This document shows, piece after piece, positions 29,135-39,124 of a DNA stretch of 64,000 bases. The notes under the pieces are model-generated. The model worked only from the letters and a program-made list of their open reading frames with translations. It did not search any database and had not been told where the DNA came from. A program made the position numbers and the translations under genes. This DNA is from an uncultured Bacillota bacterium. Its GTDB lineage: Bacteria > Bacillota > Dethiobacteria > DTU022 > UBA8154. The stretch is taken from the NCBI GenBank assembly GCA_937973635.1, contig CALJJZ010000017.1, positions 66,064-130,063 on the forward strand, written 5' to 3'. How positions within the stretch are numbered: position 1 is the first letter of the stretch; every line of letters starts with the position of its first letter.

Positions 29135-30478
29135 ATGGATTTATTACTGCGCGGCGGCATAATCATTGATCCTTCCTGCCGCCGGGAGGGCCCCATGGAA
29201 CTGCTCATCCAGAGCGGCCGGGTGGCGGCCCTGGCTCCTTCCCTGGGCCCCGTTGACGTGCCGGTTCTGGAGCTGGCCGGAAAAATTGTCCTGCCCGGCC
29301 TGATCGACCTGCACGTACACCTGCGTGAACCGGGAGAGGAACATAAAGAAACTATAGCCACGGGCCTGGCTGCGGCAGTGGCGGGGGGTTTTACCGCCGT
29401 GGCCTGTATGCCCAATACTTCCCCGCCCGTGGACAGCAGGGAAACGGTAGCCTATATCCGGGAACGGGCTGCCAGGGCGGATCTGGCCCGGGTTTATCCC
29501 CTGGGGGCTATCACCGCAGGACAGAGGGGCCGAGAGCTTGCTCCCATGGCGGAACTGGCAGAGGCGGGAGTTAAAGGCTTTTCCGATGACGGCCGGCCGG
29601 TGCCGGACAGCATGTTGATGCTGCGTGCCCTGCAGTCTGCCCGGGCCCTCGGCCTGCCTGTGCTCTCCCACTGTGAGGACCTTTCCCTGGCAGCCGGCGG
29701 CGTGGCCCACGGGGGGGGCACCGCCGCACGCCTGGGCTTGCCCGGTATCCCCGCAGCGGCTGAAGCTGTGGCCGTGGCCCGGGATCTGTTGCTGCAACAG
29801 GAAAGCGGCGGCCTGCTGCATCTTGCCCATATTAGCAGCAGGCTGAGTGTCTCTTTGCTGGCCTGGGCCAGAGAAGCAGGGATCCGCTTCAGCGCCGAGG
29901 TGACTCCTCATCATCTCCTGCTGACGGAGCAGGCGATTGAGGGCTTTAATACCAATGCCAAAATGAACCCTCCCCTGCGGCAGGAAGAGGACCGGCAGGC
30001 CCTCTGTGAGGCGCTCTGCAGCGGCCTGATTGATCTTGTTGCCACCGACCATGCGCCCCACCACCAGAAGGAAAAAGAAAAGGATTTTATGACGGCGCCC
30101 TTTGGCGTAAGCGGCCTGGAAACAGCTTTCCCCCTCCTTTTCACCCACCTGGTGGAAAGGGGTGTTCTCTCCCTTTACCGCCTCGTGGAAGCTTTTTCCA
30201 CGGCTCCTGCCCGTGTCCTGGGCGTAGCGGGAGGTACGCTGGCCCCTGGTGCAGCGGCAGATCTGGTGGTCATCGACCCTCTGCACAGGAAAAAGGTGCA
30301 GAAGGAAAATTTTTTTTCACTGGGGAAAAACACGCCTTTCCAGGACTGGGAACTGCAGGGCTACCCTGTTTTGACGATGGTAGGGGGAGATGTTAAAATG
30401 TGCCGGGGAGAGGTTAAAAGCTGCAGCAGCAATTTTTTGCCCGTATGGCAGGGGGTGCTGAAGGAGGGAAGGCTTTGA
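29135..30478 (+). CDS. pyrC: Dihydroorotase
   Basis: DLHVHLREPG metal-binding motif, amidohydrolase fold; 447 aa. Confidence 0.9.
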   Translation: MDLLLRGGIIIDPSCRREGPMELLIQSGRVAALAPSLGPVDVPVLELAGKIVLPGLIDLHVHLREPGEEHKETIATGLAAAVAGGFTAVACMPNTSPPVDSRETVAYIRERAARADLARVYPLGAITAGQRGRELAPMAELAEAGVKGFSDDGRPVPDSMLMLRALQSARALGLPVLSHCEDLSLAAGGVAHGGGTAARLGLPGIPAAAEAVAVARDLLLQQESGGLLHLAHISSRLSVSLLAWAREAGIRFSAEVTPHHLLLTEQAIEGFNTNAKMNPPLRQEEDRQALCEALCSGLIDLVATDHAPHHQKEKEKDFMTAPFGVSGLETAFPLLFTHLVERGVLSLYRLVEAFSTAPARVLGVAGGTLAPGAAADLVVIDPLHRKKVQKENFFSLGKNTPFQDWELQGYPVLTMVGGDVKMCRGEVKSCSSNFLPVWQGVLKEGRL

Positions 30479-31257
30479 AGCAGTGCCAGGCTCGTGTCTT
30501 AGATTTGGTGGAGGTAAAAGGGGGCTTTTTTAGCCTGACCCTGTATGAGCCATACCTTGCTGCCACGGCCCGGCCGGGGCAGTTTATTCACCTGCGGGTC
30601 GGCAGTGGTGTTGCCCCTCTCTTGAGGCGCCCCTTCAGCGTGGCGGGGGCCGATCCCGCAAAAGGGACGCTGCACCTCCTCTTTCGCTGTGTAGGCGAAG
30701 GGACGAAGCTCCTTTCCCGCTCCAGGGAAGGGGAGCTGCTCGACTGTCTGGGCCCCCTGGGCAACTGCTTTATCTCCTCCGGCGCAGAGCCGGCGGTACT
30801 GCTGGCGGGGGGCGGCGGCATTGCCCCCCTTATCTTCCTGGCAGAGAGTTTAAGGGCTGCTGGCAGGGAATTATATCTTTTCTATGGCGCAGCAAAGAGC
30901 GCCGATCTTTTACCCCTGGAACAGTTTCTTTCTCCCGGCCCTGTGGTCAAATACGCCACGGAAGACGGCTCAGCAGGGGAGGCGGGCCTGCTTACGGCAG
31001 TTTTCCAGCGCGCCCTGGCGGCGGGCCTGTTCCCAGGCGAGCTCTTTGCCTGCGGCCCCCGCCCTTTCCTGGCTGCCTTGGCGCAGCAGAACCAGCGCCG
31101 GGGTTATCCTCTGCAGGTTTCCCTGGAGGAGCGCATGGCCTGTGCCGTCGGCGCCTGTCAGGGTTGCGCCGTCTTAATCCGGAGAAACGGCAGGGAAGAC
31201 TACCTCCGTGTTTGCCGGGAGGGTCCGGTCTTTCAGAGTACGGAGGTGGTCTGGTAA
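30475..31257 (+). CDS. pyrK: Dihydroorotate dehydrogenase electron-transfer subunit PyrK
   Basis: FAD/NAD-binding (RPFSVA, GGGIAP) and C-terminal 2Fe-2S cysteines; TTG 30475 overlapping pyrC stop (TTGA). Confidence 0.85.
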   Translation: MKQCQARVLDLVEVKGGFFSLTLYEPYLAATARPGQFIHLRVGSGVAPLLRRPFSVAGADPAKGTLHLLFRCVGEGTKLLSRSREGELLDCLGPLGNCFISSGAEPAVLLAGGGGIAPLIFLAESLRAAGRELYLFYGAAKSADLLPLEQFLSPGPVVKYATEDGSAGEAGLLTAVFQRALAAGLFPGELFACGPRPFLAALAQQNQRRGYPLQVSLEERMACAVGACQGCAVLIRRNGREDYLRVCREGPVFQSTEVVW

Positions 31258-31258
31258 A

Positions 31259-32170
31259 ATGCCTTTTCTTAACGTCAAACTGGGCCCTTTGGAACTAAAT
31301 ACCCCGCTGCTGACCGCCTCCGGCACCTTTGGCTTTGGGGAAGAGTACGCTTCTTTAATGCAGCTGGAAGGCCTGGGCGGGCTTGTGACCAAAACGCTCA
31401 CTCTGTTGCCCCGGGCGGGAAACCCTCCGCCGCGCCTAGTGGAGACGCCGGCCGGCCTGCTCAATGCCATCGGTCTGCAAAACCCCGGCCTGGAGCATTT
31501 TCTTGCAGCGGAGCTCCCTCGCCTGCGGCAATGGAACCTGCCCCTGATTGTGAGTATAGCCGGGGATACCCCCGAAGAGTATGTGCAGATGGCGGAAGCC
31601 CTGTGCCGGGAAAAGGGCATTGCCGCCCTTGAGCTCAACCTCTCCTGCCCCAATGTCAAAAAAGGGGGGGTCCTGTTTTCGGCCGACGCCGCCCTGCTGG
31701 AAACTCTTGTCAGCCGGGTACGCCTTGCCTGGGAGGGGCCCCTTATTGCTAAACTTTCGCCCAACGTAACGAGCATTGTGGAAGCGGCCCGGGCCGCTGC
31801 TGCCGGCGGTGCTGAGATTATCTCCGCCATCAACACCCTGCGCGGTATGGTCATTGATGTGGCGGCGCGGCGCCCCCTGCTGGGGAACCTGTCGGGAGGT
31901 CTTTCCGGCCCTGCCATCCGCCCCGTTGCCATCAAGATGGTCTACGACATCTACGCTGCCACCGGGCTGCCTGTGATCGGCATGGGCGGGATTATGCACA
32001 CGGCAGACGCCCTGCAGTTTATTCTGGCCGGCGCTGCAGCCGTCGCCGTGGGGACGGCAAATTTTGTGGAGCCGCACACCATCCCGCAGATTGCCGCGGG
32101 CCTGCACCAATACCTGGAAGAGGCAGGCCTGGATAACCTGCAGGAGCTGGTGGGAGCAGCGCACCTTTGA
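31259..32170 (+). CDS. pyrD: Dihydroorotate dehydrogenase catalytic subunit (class 1B)
   Basis: NTPLLTASGTFGFG, NLSCPN, GGI motifs; ATG 31259. Confidence 0.9.
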   Translation: MPFLNVKLGPLELNTPLLTASGTFGFGEEYASLMQLEGLGGLVTKTLTLLPRAGNPPPRLVETPAGLLNAIGLQNPGLEHFLAAELPRLRQWNLPLIVSIAGDTPEEYVQMAEALCREKGIAALELNLSCPNVKKGGVLFSADAALLETLVSRVRLAWEGPLIAKLSPNVTSIVEAARAAAAGGAEIISAINTLRGMVIDVAARRPLLGNLSGGLSGPAIRPVAIKMVYDIYAATGLPVIGMGGIMHTADALQFILAGAAAVAVGTANFVEPHTIPQIAAGLHQYLEEAGLDNLQELVGAAHL

Positions 32171-32967
32171 TCAAACAGCTGGAAAGGTGGGGAAGGATGG
32201 AAGAAAAAAATAACCCTCTCCCCGGCGGGGGGAAAAGGGAAAAAATAGCCGAGAAGATAATCGTCGCTCTGGATGTGGAGCGGGCAGAAAAAGCTGCTGA
32301 CCTGGTGGAGCAGCTTACGCCGCCCTTTTGTTTTTATAAGGTAGGCCTGCGACTGTTTGTGGCCTGCGGGCCGCCTGTTATCACCGCCCTGAAAGACCGC
32401 GGAGCGAAGGTCTTCCTGGACTTAAAATTCCACGATATTCCCAACACGGTGGCAGAGGCGGCAGCCGCGGCTACCATGCTCGGCGTGGAGATGTTTAACC
32501 TCCACCTGGGCGGGGGACGTGAAATGATCCGCGCGGCGGTGGCTGCTGCCGCTGTAACGGCGGAACGTGCAGGGCTGCCCCGCCCCCGGGTGCTGGGCGT
32601 CTCCGTCCTCTCCTCCTTCAGTGCGGAGACGCTGCAGGAGACGGGGGTAGGCCGGGATCTTGACACCCAGGTGGTCGCCCTGGCGGCCATGGGGCTGGAA
32701 TGCGGACTGGACGGGATTATTGCCTCCCCCCGCGAAGCGGTGCTTTTGCGCCGGAACTTTGGGGAAAACTTTCTCATTGTTACTCCGGGCGTACGGCCGG
32801 CCTGGGCCGCTGCCGACGACCAGCAGCGTATCCTCACGCCAAAACAGGCGCTGCAGGCGGGGGCAAGTTACCTTGTGATTGGCCGTCCCATTATCAAGGA
32901 TCCTGTACCGCGGCAAGCGGCGACAAAAATCCTGGCGGAGATCGCGGAAAAAAAGGATGGGGTATAA
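32167..32967 (+). CDS. pyrF: Orotidine 5'-phosphate decarboxylase
   Basis: IIVALDV...FLDLKFHDIPNT signature; exact start uncertain. Confidence 0.85.
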   Translation: MIKQLERWGRMEEKNNPLPGGGKREKIAEKIIVALDVERAEKAADLVEQLTPPFCFYKVGLRLFVACGPPVITALKDRGAKVFLDLKFHDIPNTVAEAAAAATMLGVEMFNLHLGGGREMIRAAVAAAAVTAERAGLPRPRVLGVSVLSSFSAETLQETGVGRDLDTQVVALAAMGLECGLDGIIASPREAVLLRRNFGENFLIVTPGVRPAWAAADDQQRILTPKQALQAGASYLVIGRPIIKDPVPRQAATKILAEIAEKKDGV

Positions 32968-32971
32968 AAAG

Positions 32972-33844
32972 ATGAGGTTTGGTTTACACATGCCCTTAAA
33001 AGGGGGTTTTGCCCGGAATATCAGGCGGGCGGCGGCCCTGGGCTGTCGTACGGTGCAGATCTTTGCGGGCAACCCCACAGCCTGGCAGCTCCCGGCCCTG
33101 CGGCAGAAAGAAATTGACGAGCGGCGCAGCCTACTGGCGGAGCTGGATATTTATCCTTTGGTGATACATGCCGCCTACCTGGTAAACCTCTCTTCCTCCA
33201 GGGAAAACTTTTTAAAGAGCTCCTGCCGGCTGATGCAGGAAACCATGGAGCGGGCCGCCCTTTTGGGCTCGCCCTATGTGGTCATGCACGTGGGCAGCCA
33301 CGGGGGGCAGGGCTTTGCCGCGGGGATGGAGCTTTTTGTCTCCACCCTGCTCCGGGAGCTGGAAAACTGGCCGCCCGAGGTGACTTTGTTGCTGGAAAAT
33401 ACAGCGGGGGCCGGTTCCTCCCTCGGAGGCTCCTTTGAGGCCCTCGCCTACATCCTGGAAAAGCTGGGGCCTGCCGCGCCCGTGGGTGTTTGCCTGGACA
33501 CGGCCCATGCCTGGGCTGCTGGCTATGATTTTTCTTCAGCCCACGGGGCCAGGAGCAGTATGGAGCAGCTTTTTAAGGCAGTGGGGAGGGAGAAGGTGCT
33601 GGCCCTGCACGTAAACAATGTTAATGCGCCCCGTGGCAACCACAAAGACAGGCATATGCACCTGCGCGAAGGCTTGATTACCCCCGCAGCCTACGCCGCT
33701 TTACTTTCCTACCCCTGGCCGGAAGACCTGCCCGTAATCCTGGAAACGCCGGAAATGGGCAGCGACTGGGATGCTGTCAACCTGGCAGACCTCCGTGCCT
33801 ATGCGGACGCCGGGGTTGTGGAAGAAGAAGAAAGGAGTATTTGA
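32972..33844 (+). CDS. nfo: Endonuclease IV (AP endonuclease family 2)
   Basis: MRFGLHMPLKGG...QIFAGNP..., HAAYLVNL, VMHVGSH, LENTAG, LDTAH motifs. Confidence 0.85.
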   Translation: MRFGLHMPLKGGFARNIRRAAALGCRTVQIFAGNPTAWQLPALRQKEIDERRSLLAELDIYPLVIHAAYLVNLSSSRENFLKSSCRLMQETMERAALLGSPYVVMHVGSHGGQGFAAGMELFVSTLLRELENWPPEVTLLLENTAGAGSSLGGSFEALAYILEKLGPAAPVGVCLDTAHAWAAGYDFSSAHGARSSMEQLFKAVGREKVLALHVNNVNAPRGNHKDRHMHLREGLITPAAYAALLSYPWPEDLPVILETPEMGSDWDAVNLADLRAYADAGVVEEEERSI

Positions 33845-33845
33845 T

Positions 33846-35225
33846 TTGGCTAGAGCGCGTACCGTGTACAGCTGCCGGGAATGCGGCTATAAAACCTATA
33901 AATGGGCCGGCTACTGCCCTGCCTGCAAAAGTGATGCCCTGGTGGAGGAAACCATTGTCCCTGCGGCCGGGCGATCTGCCCCGGTGCTCGGAGGAAATGA
34001 GGCCCTCCTGCTGGAGGAGGTTGCGCCGCTGGCGGAGAGGCGCCTGCTTACGGGCATCGGGGAGCTGGACCGGGTGCTGGGTGGCGGTGCTGTCCCCGGA
34101 TCTGTCGTCCTGGTAGGTGGTGACCCGGGCATCGGCAAATCGACCCTGCTGCTGCAGGCGGCCCTCGGGTTTAGCGCCTGCGGCGTCTCCGTCCTCTATG
34201 TTACGGGGGAAGAATCACTGGCCCAGTTGAAGATGCGCGCCCAGAGGCTGGGGCTGCCCGCCCGGTCCTTGCTGGTCCTTGCCGCTACGGAATACAGCAG
34301 TATCATCGACAGGATTGACGCGTTACAGCCCCATGTTGTGATCATTGATTCCATCCAGACCGTGGCCAAAAGTGAACTTGGCGCTGCTCCCGGCAGCATG
34401 ATCCAGCTCCGGGAGGTGACTGCTTCCCTGGTGCAAAGGGCAAAAAGCAAAGAGATCACCTTTTTTATCATCGGCCATGTAACCAAGGAGGGGGTTCTGG
34501 CCGGCCCCCGTGTTCTCGAGCACCTGGTTGACTGCGTGCTCAATTTTGAAGGGGACCGTTATCAGAGCTTCCGTGTCCTGCGTGCCGCTAAAAACCGCTA
34601 TGGCTCTACCAGCGAGCTAGGGATATTTACCATGGAAGTGGGGGGACTAGTTGAGGTGGAGAACCCCTCGGCCCTTTTCCTCGCTGAAAGGCCGGCAGGC
34701 GTACCCGGTTCGGCAGTTGTGCCCGTGATGGAGGGGAGCCGGCCCCTTTTAGTGGAGATCCAGGGCCTTGTCTCCCCCAATTATGGCGGGGGCATACCGC
34801 GGCGTACGGCTACGGGCCTGGATATAAACCGGATCTCGCTCCTTGTTGCCGTGCTGGAAAAAAGGGTCGGCCTGCCCCTTTACAACTGCGATCTCTTTGT
34901 CAACGTCGTTGGCGGCGTGAAAATAATGGAGCCGGCGGTAGATCTGGCGGCGGCGCTCAGCCTTGTTTCCAGCTACCGGGACAGGCCCCTTGAACCCAAA
35001 ACCATGCTGCTGGGAGAAGTGGGCTTAACCGGGGAAGTAAGGCCGGTGGGCCGCCTGCAGGAGCGTTTGCGGGAAGGGATAAAGATGGGGTTTGCTTCCT
35101 GCCTGCTGCCCGGGGGCAACCTGCGGGCTCTGGAAAGCGGCAGGGAGCAACCTCTAAGCAGCGGTGATCTGCGGCTTATTCCTGTGGCTACCCTGGCTGA
35201 AGCCATTGACCTGGCCCTTGTTTGA
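33846..35225 (+). CDS. radA: DNA repair protein RadA/Sms
   Basis: C4 zinc finger CRECGY...CPAC, Walker A GGDPGIGKSTLL, KNRYG, Lon-like C-domain; TTG 33846 after GAAAGGAG RBS. Confidence 0.9.
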   Translation: MARARTVYSCRECGYKTYKWAGYCPACKSDALVEETIVPAAGRSAPVLGGNEALLLEEVAPLAERRLLTGIGELDRVLGGGAVPGSVVLVGGDPGIGKSTLLLQAALGFSACGVSVLYVTGEESLAQLKMRAQRLGLPARSLLVLAATEYSSIIDRIDALQPHVVIIDSIQTVAKSELGAAPGSMIQLREVTASLVQRAKSKEITFFIIGHVTKEGVLAGPRVLEHLVDCVLNFEGDRYQSFRVLRAAKNRYGSTSELGIFTMEVGGLVEVENPSALFLAERPAGVPGSAVVPVMEGSRPLLVEIQGLVSPNYGGGIPRRTATGLDINRISLLVAVLEKRVGLPLYNCDLFVNVVGGVKIMEPAVDLAAALSLVSSYRDRPLEPKTMLLGEVGLTGEVRPVGRLQERLREGIKMGFASCLLPGGNLRALESGREQPLSSGDLRLIPVATLAEAIDLALV

Positions 35226-35262
35226 CCTTTAGACTTGAACCCGCCTTTTTTCTGGCGGCGGT

Positions 35263-35667
35263 TCAGGAGAGGTGGAAAAAACCCAACGTTTCCAGGTTAT
35301 TGTATTTCCGGAGCAGAATGTCTTCCAGCTTAATCTCCAGGAGGTGGCAGAGGGCGGCCAGGTAGAAAAGGTTATTACCCATCTCGTCTTCCACTATTTC
35401 CCTGCAATTTTCACAGAGGGAACCCTCCAGATGGGAGTGCAGGTACTTGCGGCAGTCTTCCAGGGAAACCTCCGGGGGGATCTGCTGTTTGCTGGCATTT
35501 ATGGAAAGGCAGCCGCAATTTGTAACGGTCTTGGTTATGGACTTGTTCACGCGGATGGCCGACTCGGCGTGCTGCGAGAGGGTGTCGAGGATACTGCGGT
35601 GACGGAGAAGCAGCTGGGAAACTTTGTCCTGAAACAGGCAAACGACGTCGTTATGCTGTCCTTTCAT
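35263..35667 (-). CDS. Small cysteine-rich hypothetical protein
   Basis: 134-aa ORF with NCGC...C...CENC cysteines; lone minus-strand gene between radA and carD; weak RBS. Confidence 0.35.
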   Translation of the reverse strand: MKGQHNDVVCLFQDKVSQLLLRHRSILDTLSQHAESAIRVNKSITKTVTNCGCLSINASKQQIPPEVSLEDCRKYLHSHLEGSLCENCREIVEDEMGNNLFYLAALCHLLEIKLEDILLRKYNNLETLGFFHLS

Positions 35668-35880
35668 GGCTTCCGGTCACCCCTTTGGCTGTCTGTTTTT
35701 ATTAGCTCATATTATACTTGCTGCTGCAAAAGATTGTCAACAATGTGTCCGGGCCATATTTTTTGACACATTTTTATTTCTATGTTAAAATTTTAAGCAG
35801 AGAAGTTTTCGCTGGCATAGCGGGGACCGTTGCCGTACTTATTACAGGCCGTAAAACGGTCTTAAGGAGGAACCTGCTGC

Positions 35881-36426
35881 ATGTTTAATGTTGGGGACAA
35901 GGTTGTTTACCCTATGCACGGCGCGGGAGTAATTGAGGCCATTGAGGACAGGGAGGTCCTGGGGGCAAAGGTAAAGTATTATGTTATGAATATGCCCCTG
36001 GGCGGGATCAAAGTCATGATCCCCCTCGATAATGTGGAGAAGGTCGGTCTGAGGGATGTAATTGTCAAAAGCGCAGTGGGAGAGGTTTTCAGTATCCTGG
36101 AGGGGACCGAAGAGGAAGAGCCGGCAAACGGCAACTGGAACCGGCGTTACCGGGCCAACATGGATAAAATTAAAAGCGGCAACATCTATAAAGTAGCAGA
36201 AGTTGCCCGCAGTTTGTTGGCGCGGGAAGAGGAAAAGGGGCTCTCTTCCGGGGAAAGGCGTATGCTGGAGAGCGCCCGCCAGATCCTTGCCAGCGAGCTG
36301 TTGATGGTCAAAGGGATTGACCGGGAAGAGGTCATGGCTTATCTGGAAAGACTTTTTAACCATCGGCACAGCTGGGGCAGGCAGTACCCTGCGAAGGGGC
36401 CCGCAAAGGAACCTGAAAAAGAATAG
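35881..36426 (+). CDS. carD: CarD/CdnL family transcriptional regulator
   Basis: N-terminal RNAP-interacting domain FNVGDKVVYPMHGAGVIEAIE; 181 aa. Confidence 0.85.
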   Translation: MFNVGDKVVYPMHGAGVIEAIEDREVLGAKVKYYVMNMPLGGIKVMIPLDNVEKVGLRDVIVKSAVGEVFSILEGTEEEEPANGNWNRRYRANMDKIKSGNIYKVAEVARSLLAREEEKGLSSGERRMLESARQILASELLMVKGIDREEVMAYLERLFNHRHSWGRQYPAKGPAKEPEKE

Positions 36427-36626
36427 GGATACCATTGGCCGCTTTATTTCCAGGGACCAAAGGCATCAGCAGTGATGTCTTTTTTTTAACTTAAAGCCTG
36501 TTTTTCTGGATGCTTCCCTGTATTTTTCCCCAGGTATTGCGCATAATAAACCTTGAACTGGGGCAAAAATATAAGTTATAATATTAGAAAACAATAAATT
36601 TCTGAGGAAAGGAGGTGTGAAAAGCA

Positions 36627-37721
36627 GTGCTGAAAAGCATCTTCCGTATCTTGCTGACGATTGTCGGCTTTGTAGGTGGGTTTGAGCTTTTTAAAGTAGC
36701 GGTACCGTCCCTGGTTGTCGCTACAGGTTTGCCTGCCCCGCAGGAAAGTATCTGGCTTGCCCTGGTGGGGGGGGCGTTAGTTGGCCTCATTGTATACTCT
36801 ATTACTCCCTTTATCATCTTACATCTGGGCAATGTGGCTGTATGGACCGACGGGAAGATGAGGACAATCCCCACTCAGGACATCATCCTGGGGGTTATCG
36901 GCCTGATTGTTGCCCTTTTAATCGGGGTTTTAATCAGTTTCCCCCTTGCCCGTATTCCCTGGGTAGGACCTTATCTTTCCCTCGCTGTAACCCTGATCAT
37001 GGCCTATCTCGGCGTGACCTTTATGTTAAACCGCAAGGAAGATTTTTCCTTTATCTATCATCAGCTTTCCCGCCGTGTACCCAACGTGCCGGAAAGAAAA
37101 AGCTCTCCGGTCAAGGTGCTGGACACGAGCGTGATTATTGATGGGCGGATTATGGACATCTGCAGGACGGGTTTTATCGAAGGAGAAATTGTTGTACCCG
37201 GTTTTGTCCTGGAGGAGTTGCGCCATATCGCCGACTCTTCAGACCTCCTGAAAAGGAACCGCGGGCGCCGCGGCCTTGACATCCTGAATAGGATGCAAAA
37301 AGAGCTGGATATGGTCATTAAAATCGTGAATATTGATTTTGAGGATATCGGCGAAGTGGACAGCAAGCTGGTAAAGCTGGCCCAGACCATGGGAGGGGTC
37401 ATCCTCACCAACGATTTTAACCTGAACAAGGTCTGCGAGCTGCAGGGCGTTATTGTGCTCAATATCAACGAGCTGGCCAATGCTGTTAAACCGGTGGTAC
37501 TCCCCGGTGAGGAGATGAGCGCCCATATTATTAAAGACGGCAAGGAGGCGGGACAGGGTGTGGCCTACCTGGATGACGGCACGATGATCGTGGTGGAAGG
37601 CGGCAAACGCTTCATCGGCGATACTATCGACGTCCTGGTGACTAGTGTGCTGCAGACTGCAGCGGGCCGCATGATCTTTGCCAAACCCAAGCCCCCCCTC
37701 TCGGTAATCATGAAACAGTAA
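36627..37721 (+). CDS. yacL: YacL-like PIN plus TRAM domain membrane protein
   Basis: Three N-terminal TM helices, PIN domain (KVLDTSVIIDGRI) and C-terminal TRAM domain; conserved position before ispD. Confidence 0.85.
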   Translation: MLKSIFRILLTIVGFVGGFELFKVAVPSLVVATGLPAPQESIWLALVGGALVGLIVYSITPFIILHLGNVAVWTDGKMRTIPTQDIILGVIGLIVALLIGVLISFPLARIPWVGPYLSLAVTLIMAYLGVTFMLNRKEDFSFIYHQLSRRVPNVPERKSSPVKVLDTSVIIDGRIMDICRTGFIEGEIVVPGFVLEELRHIADSSDLLKRNRGRRGLDILNRMQKELDMVIKIVNIDFEDIGEVDSKLVKLAQTMGGVILTNDFNLNKVCELQGVIVLNINELANAVKPVVLPGEEMSAHIIKDGKEAGQGVAYLDDGTMIVVEGGKRFIGDTIDVLVTSVLQTAAGRMIFAKPKPPLSVIMKQ

Positions 37722-37788
37722 AGAGCAGGGTTGAGGCATCAGGCTCAGCATTCATTGCTGCTAATTTTAAGTGGGAACATAGTCAAAG

Positions 37789-38538
37789 ATGACCCGGGAG
37801 GAGGGACTATCCTTGCCGGAAAAAAAACAGGATTGCGTCTTGCTCCTCCCGGCCGCAGGGCAGGGTTTGCGTATGGGCGGGCCAAAAAAAAAGCCTTACC
37901 TGCTCCTTGCCGGCAGGCCGGTTATTGTACATACGCTGCAGGCCTGCCTTAAGGCCCGTGTCTTCTCCCGTCTGGCTGTGATCGTAGCGCCGGACGAAGA
38001 AAAGATATTTGCCGAGGAAATTTTTCTCCCCTATTTTAAGGATACTCTGCCTGTGCAGATTGTGCCTGGCGGTAAGACACGCCAGGACTCTGTTTTTTAT
38101 GGCCTCAAAGCCCTTAAGTCCTTTGTGGAAGAGGAGACAATAGTCTGCGTACACGACGCCGTACGCCCCCTCGTTACACCCTCTTTGCTGCAGAGGGTTA
38201 TTGACGCGGCGAGGCTCTACGGCGCTGCTATCGCCGCTGTCCCCGTGGTGGATACAGTCAAAGAGGTGGATCAGGCGGGCAATGTGCTGGTCACGCTTCC
38301 CCGGGAGCGCCTGGTGGCAGTCCAGACCCCCCAGTGTTTCCGCTACTCTTTGCTCTGGCAGGCCCATTGCCGTGCCGGGGCAGAACCGGCAAGCGATGAT
38401 GCTTCCCTGGTGGAGCGTCTGGGCTTGACAGTCCGTGTTGTGCCCGGCAGCTATCAAAATATTAAACTTACTACGCCCACTGATTTGCTCCTGGCGGAAC
38501 AGTATCTGGCCAACCCGGAAGGAGGAGACACCGGATGA
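37789..38538 (+). CDS. ispD: 2-C-methyl-D-erythritol 4-phosphate cytidylyltransferase
   Basis: [13 protein letters not shown]...K motif; 249 aa. Confidence 0.9.
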   Translation: MTREEGLSLPEKKQDCVLLLPAAGQGLRMGGPKKKPYLLLAGRPVIVHTLQACLKARVFSRLAVIVAPDEEKIFAEEIFLPYFKDTLPVQIVPGGKTRQDSVFYGLKALKSFVEEETIVCVHDAVRPLVTPSLLQRVIDAARLYGAAIAAVPVVDTVKEVDQAGNVLVTLPRERLVAVQTPQCFRYSLLWQAHCRAGAEPASDDASLVERLGLTVRVVPGSYQNIKLTTPTDLLLAEQYLANPEGGDTG

Positions 38539-39023
38539 AGATACGGGCCGGGATCGGTTATGACGTACACCGCCTGGAAGCAGGGCGGCCGCTCATTATC
38601 GGGGGGGTGACAATCCCCTGGAAGCGGGGTCTGGAGGGGTATTCCGATGCCGATGTGCTGCTCCATGCTGTCATGGATGCGCTGCTGGGCGCGGCGGGCT
38701 TGGGCGATATCGGCCGGCATTTTCCCCCCGGCGACCCCCGCTTTAAAGGTATTTCCAGCCTGCTGCTGCTGGAGCAGGTCGCCGCTTTGCTCCAGGAAAA
38801 CGGCTATAGCGTGGCCAATATTGACAGCACGGTCATAGCCCAGGCGCCCAGGCTTGCTCCCCATCTTCCGGCGATGCGCCTGAATATCGCCCGGGTTTTG
38901 GGCCTGATGGAAGACGACGTCTCCGTCAAAGCCACAACCACTGAGCATCTCGGTTTTACCGGCAGAGAAGAAGGGATTGCCGCCTGCGCCATAGCTCTGG
39001 TGGTAAAGGGCGCTTCCGGCTGA
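38535..39023 (+). CDS. ispF: 2-C-methyl-D-erythritol 2,4-cyclodiphosphate synthase
   Basis: IGYDVHRL...SDADVLLHA signature; overlaps ispD stop. Confidence 0.9.
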   Translation: MKIRAGIGYDVHRLEAGRPLIIGGVTIPWKRGLEGYSDADVLLHAVMDALLGAAGLGDIGRHFPPGDPRFKGISSLLLLEQVAALLQENGYSVANIDSTVIAQAPRLAPHLPAMRLNIARVLGLMEDDVSVKATTTEHLGFTGREEGIAACAIALVVKGASG

Positions 39024-39034
39024 ACTTACGGCTG

Positions 39035-39064
39035 TTGACACGGGCGGGAGCAGAAGTCTATAAT
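39035..39064 (+). promoter_or_regulatory. Sigma-A promoter for cysS (TTGACA-18-TATAAT)
   Basis: TTGACA at 39035-39040 and TATAAT at 39059-39064 in the 68-nt gap; no T-box leader present. Confidence 0.5.
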
Positions 39065-39124
39065 TTTTAAAAGTATGAACAGGAAGTCAGCTTGGGTAAG
39101 CCGGCTTCTCGAAGGAGGTTTGCC

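Noticed and set aside
39024-39124. T-box riboswitch upstream of cysS (common in Firmicutes)
   Set aside because: Only about 100 nt separate ispF from the cysS start. This is far too short for a T-box leader, and a plain TTGACA-18-TATAAT promoter fits instead.
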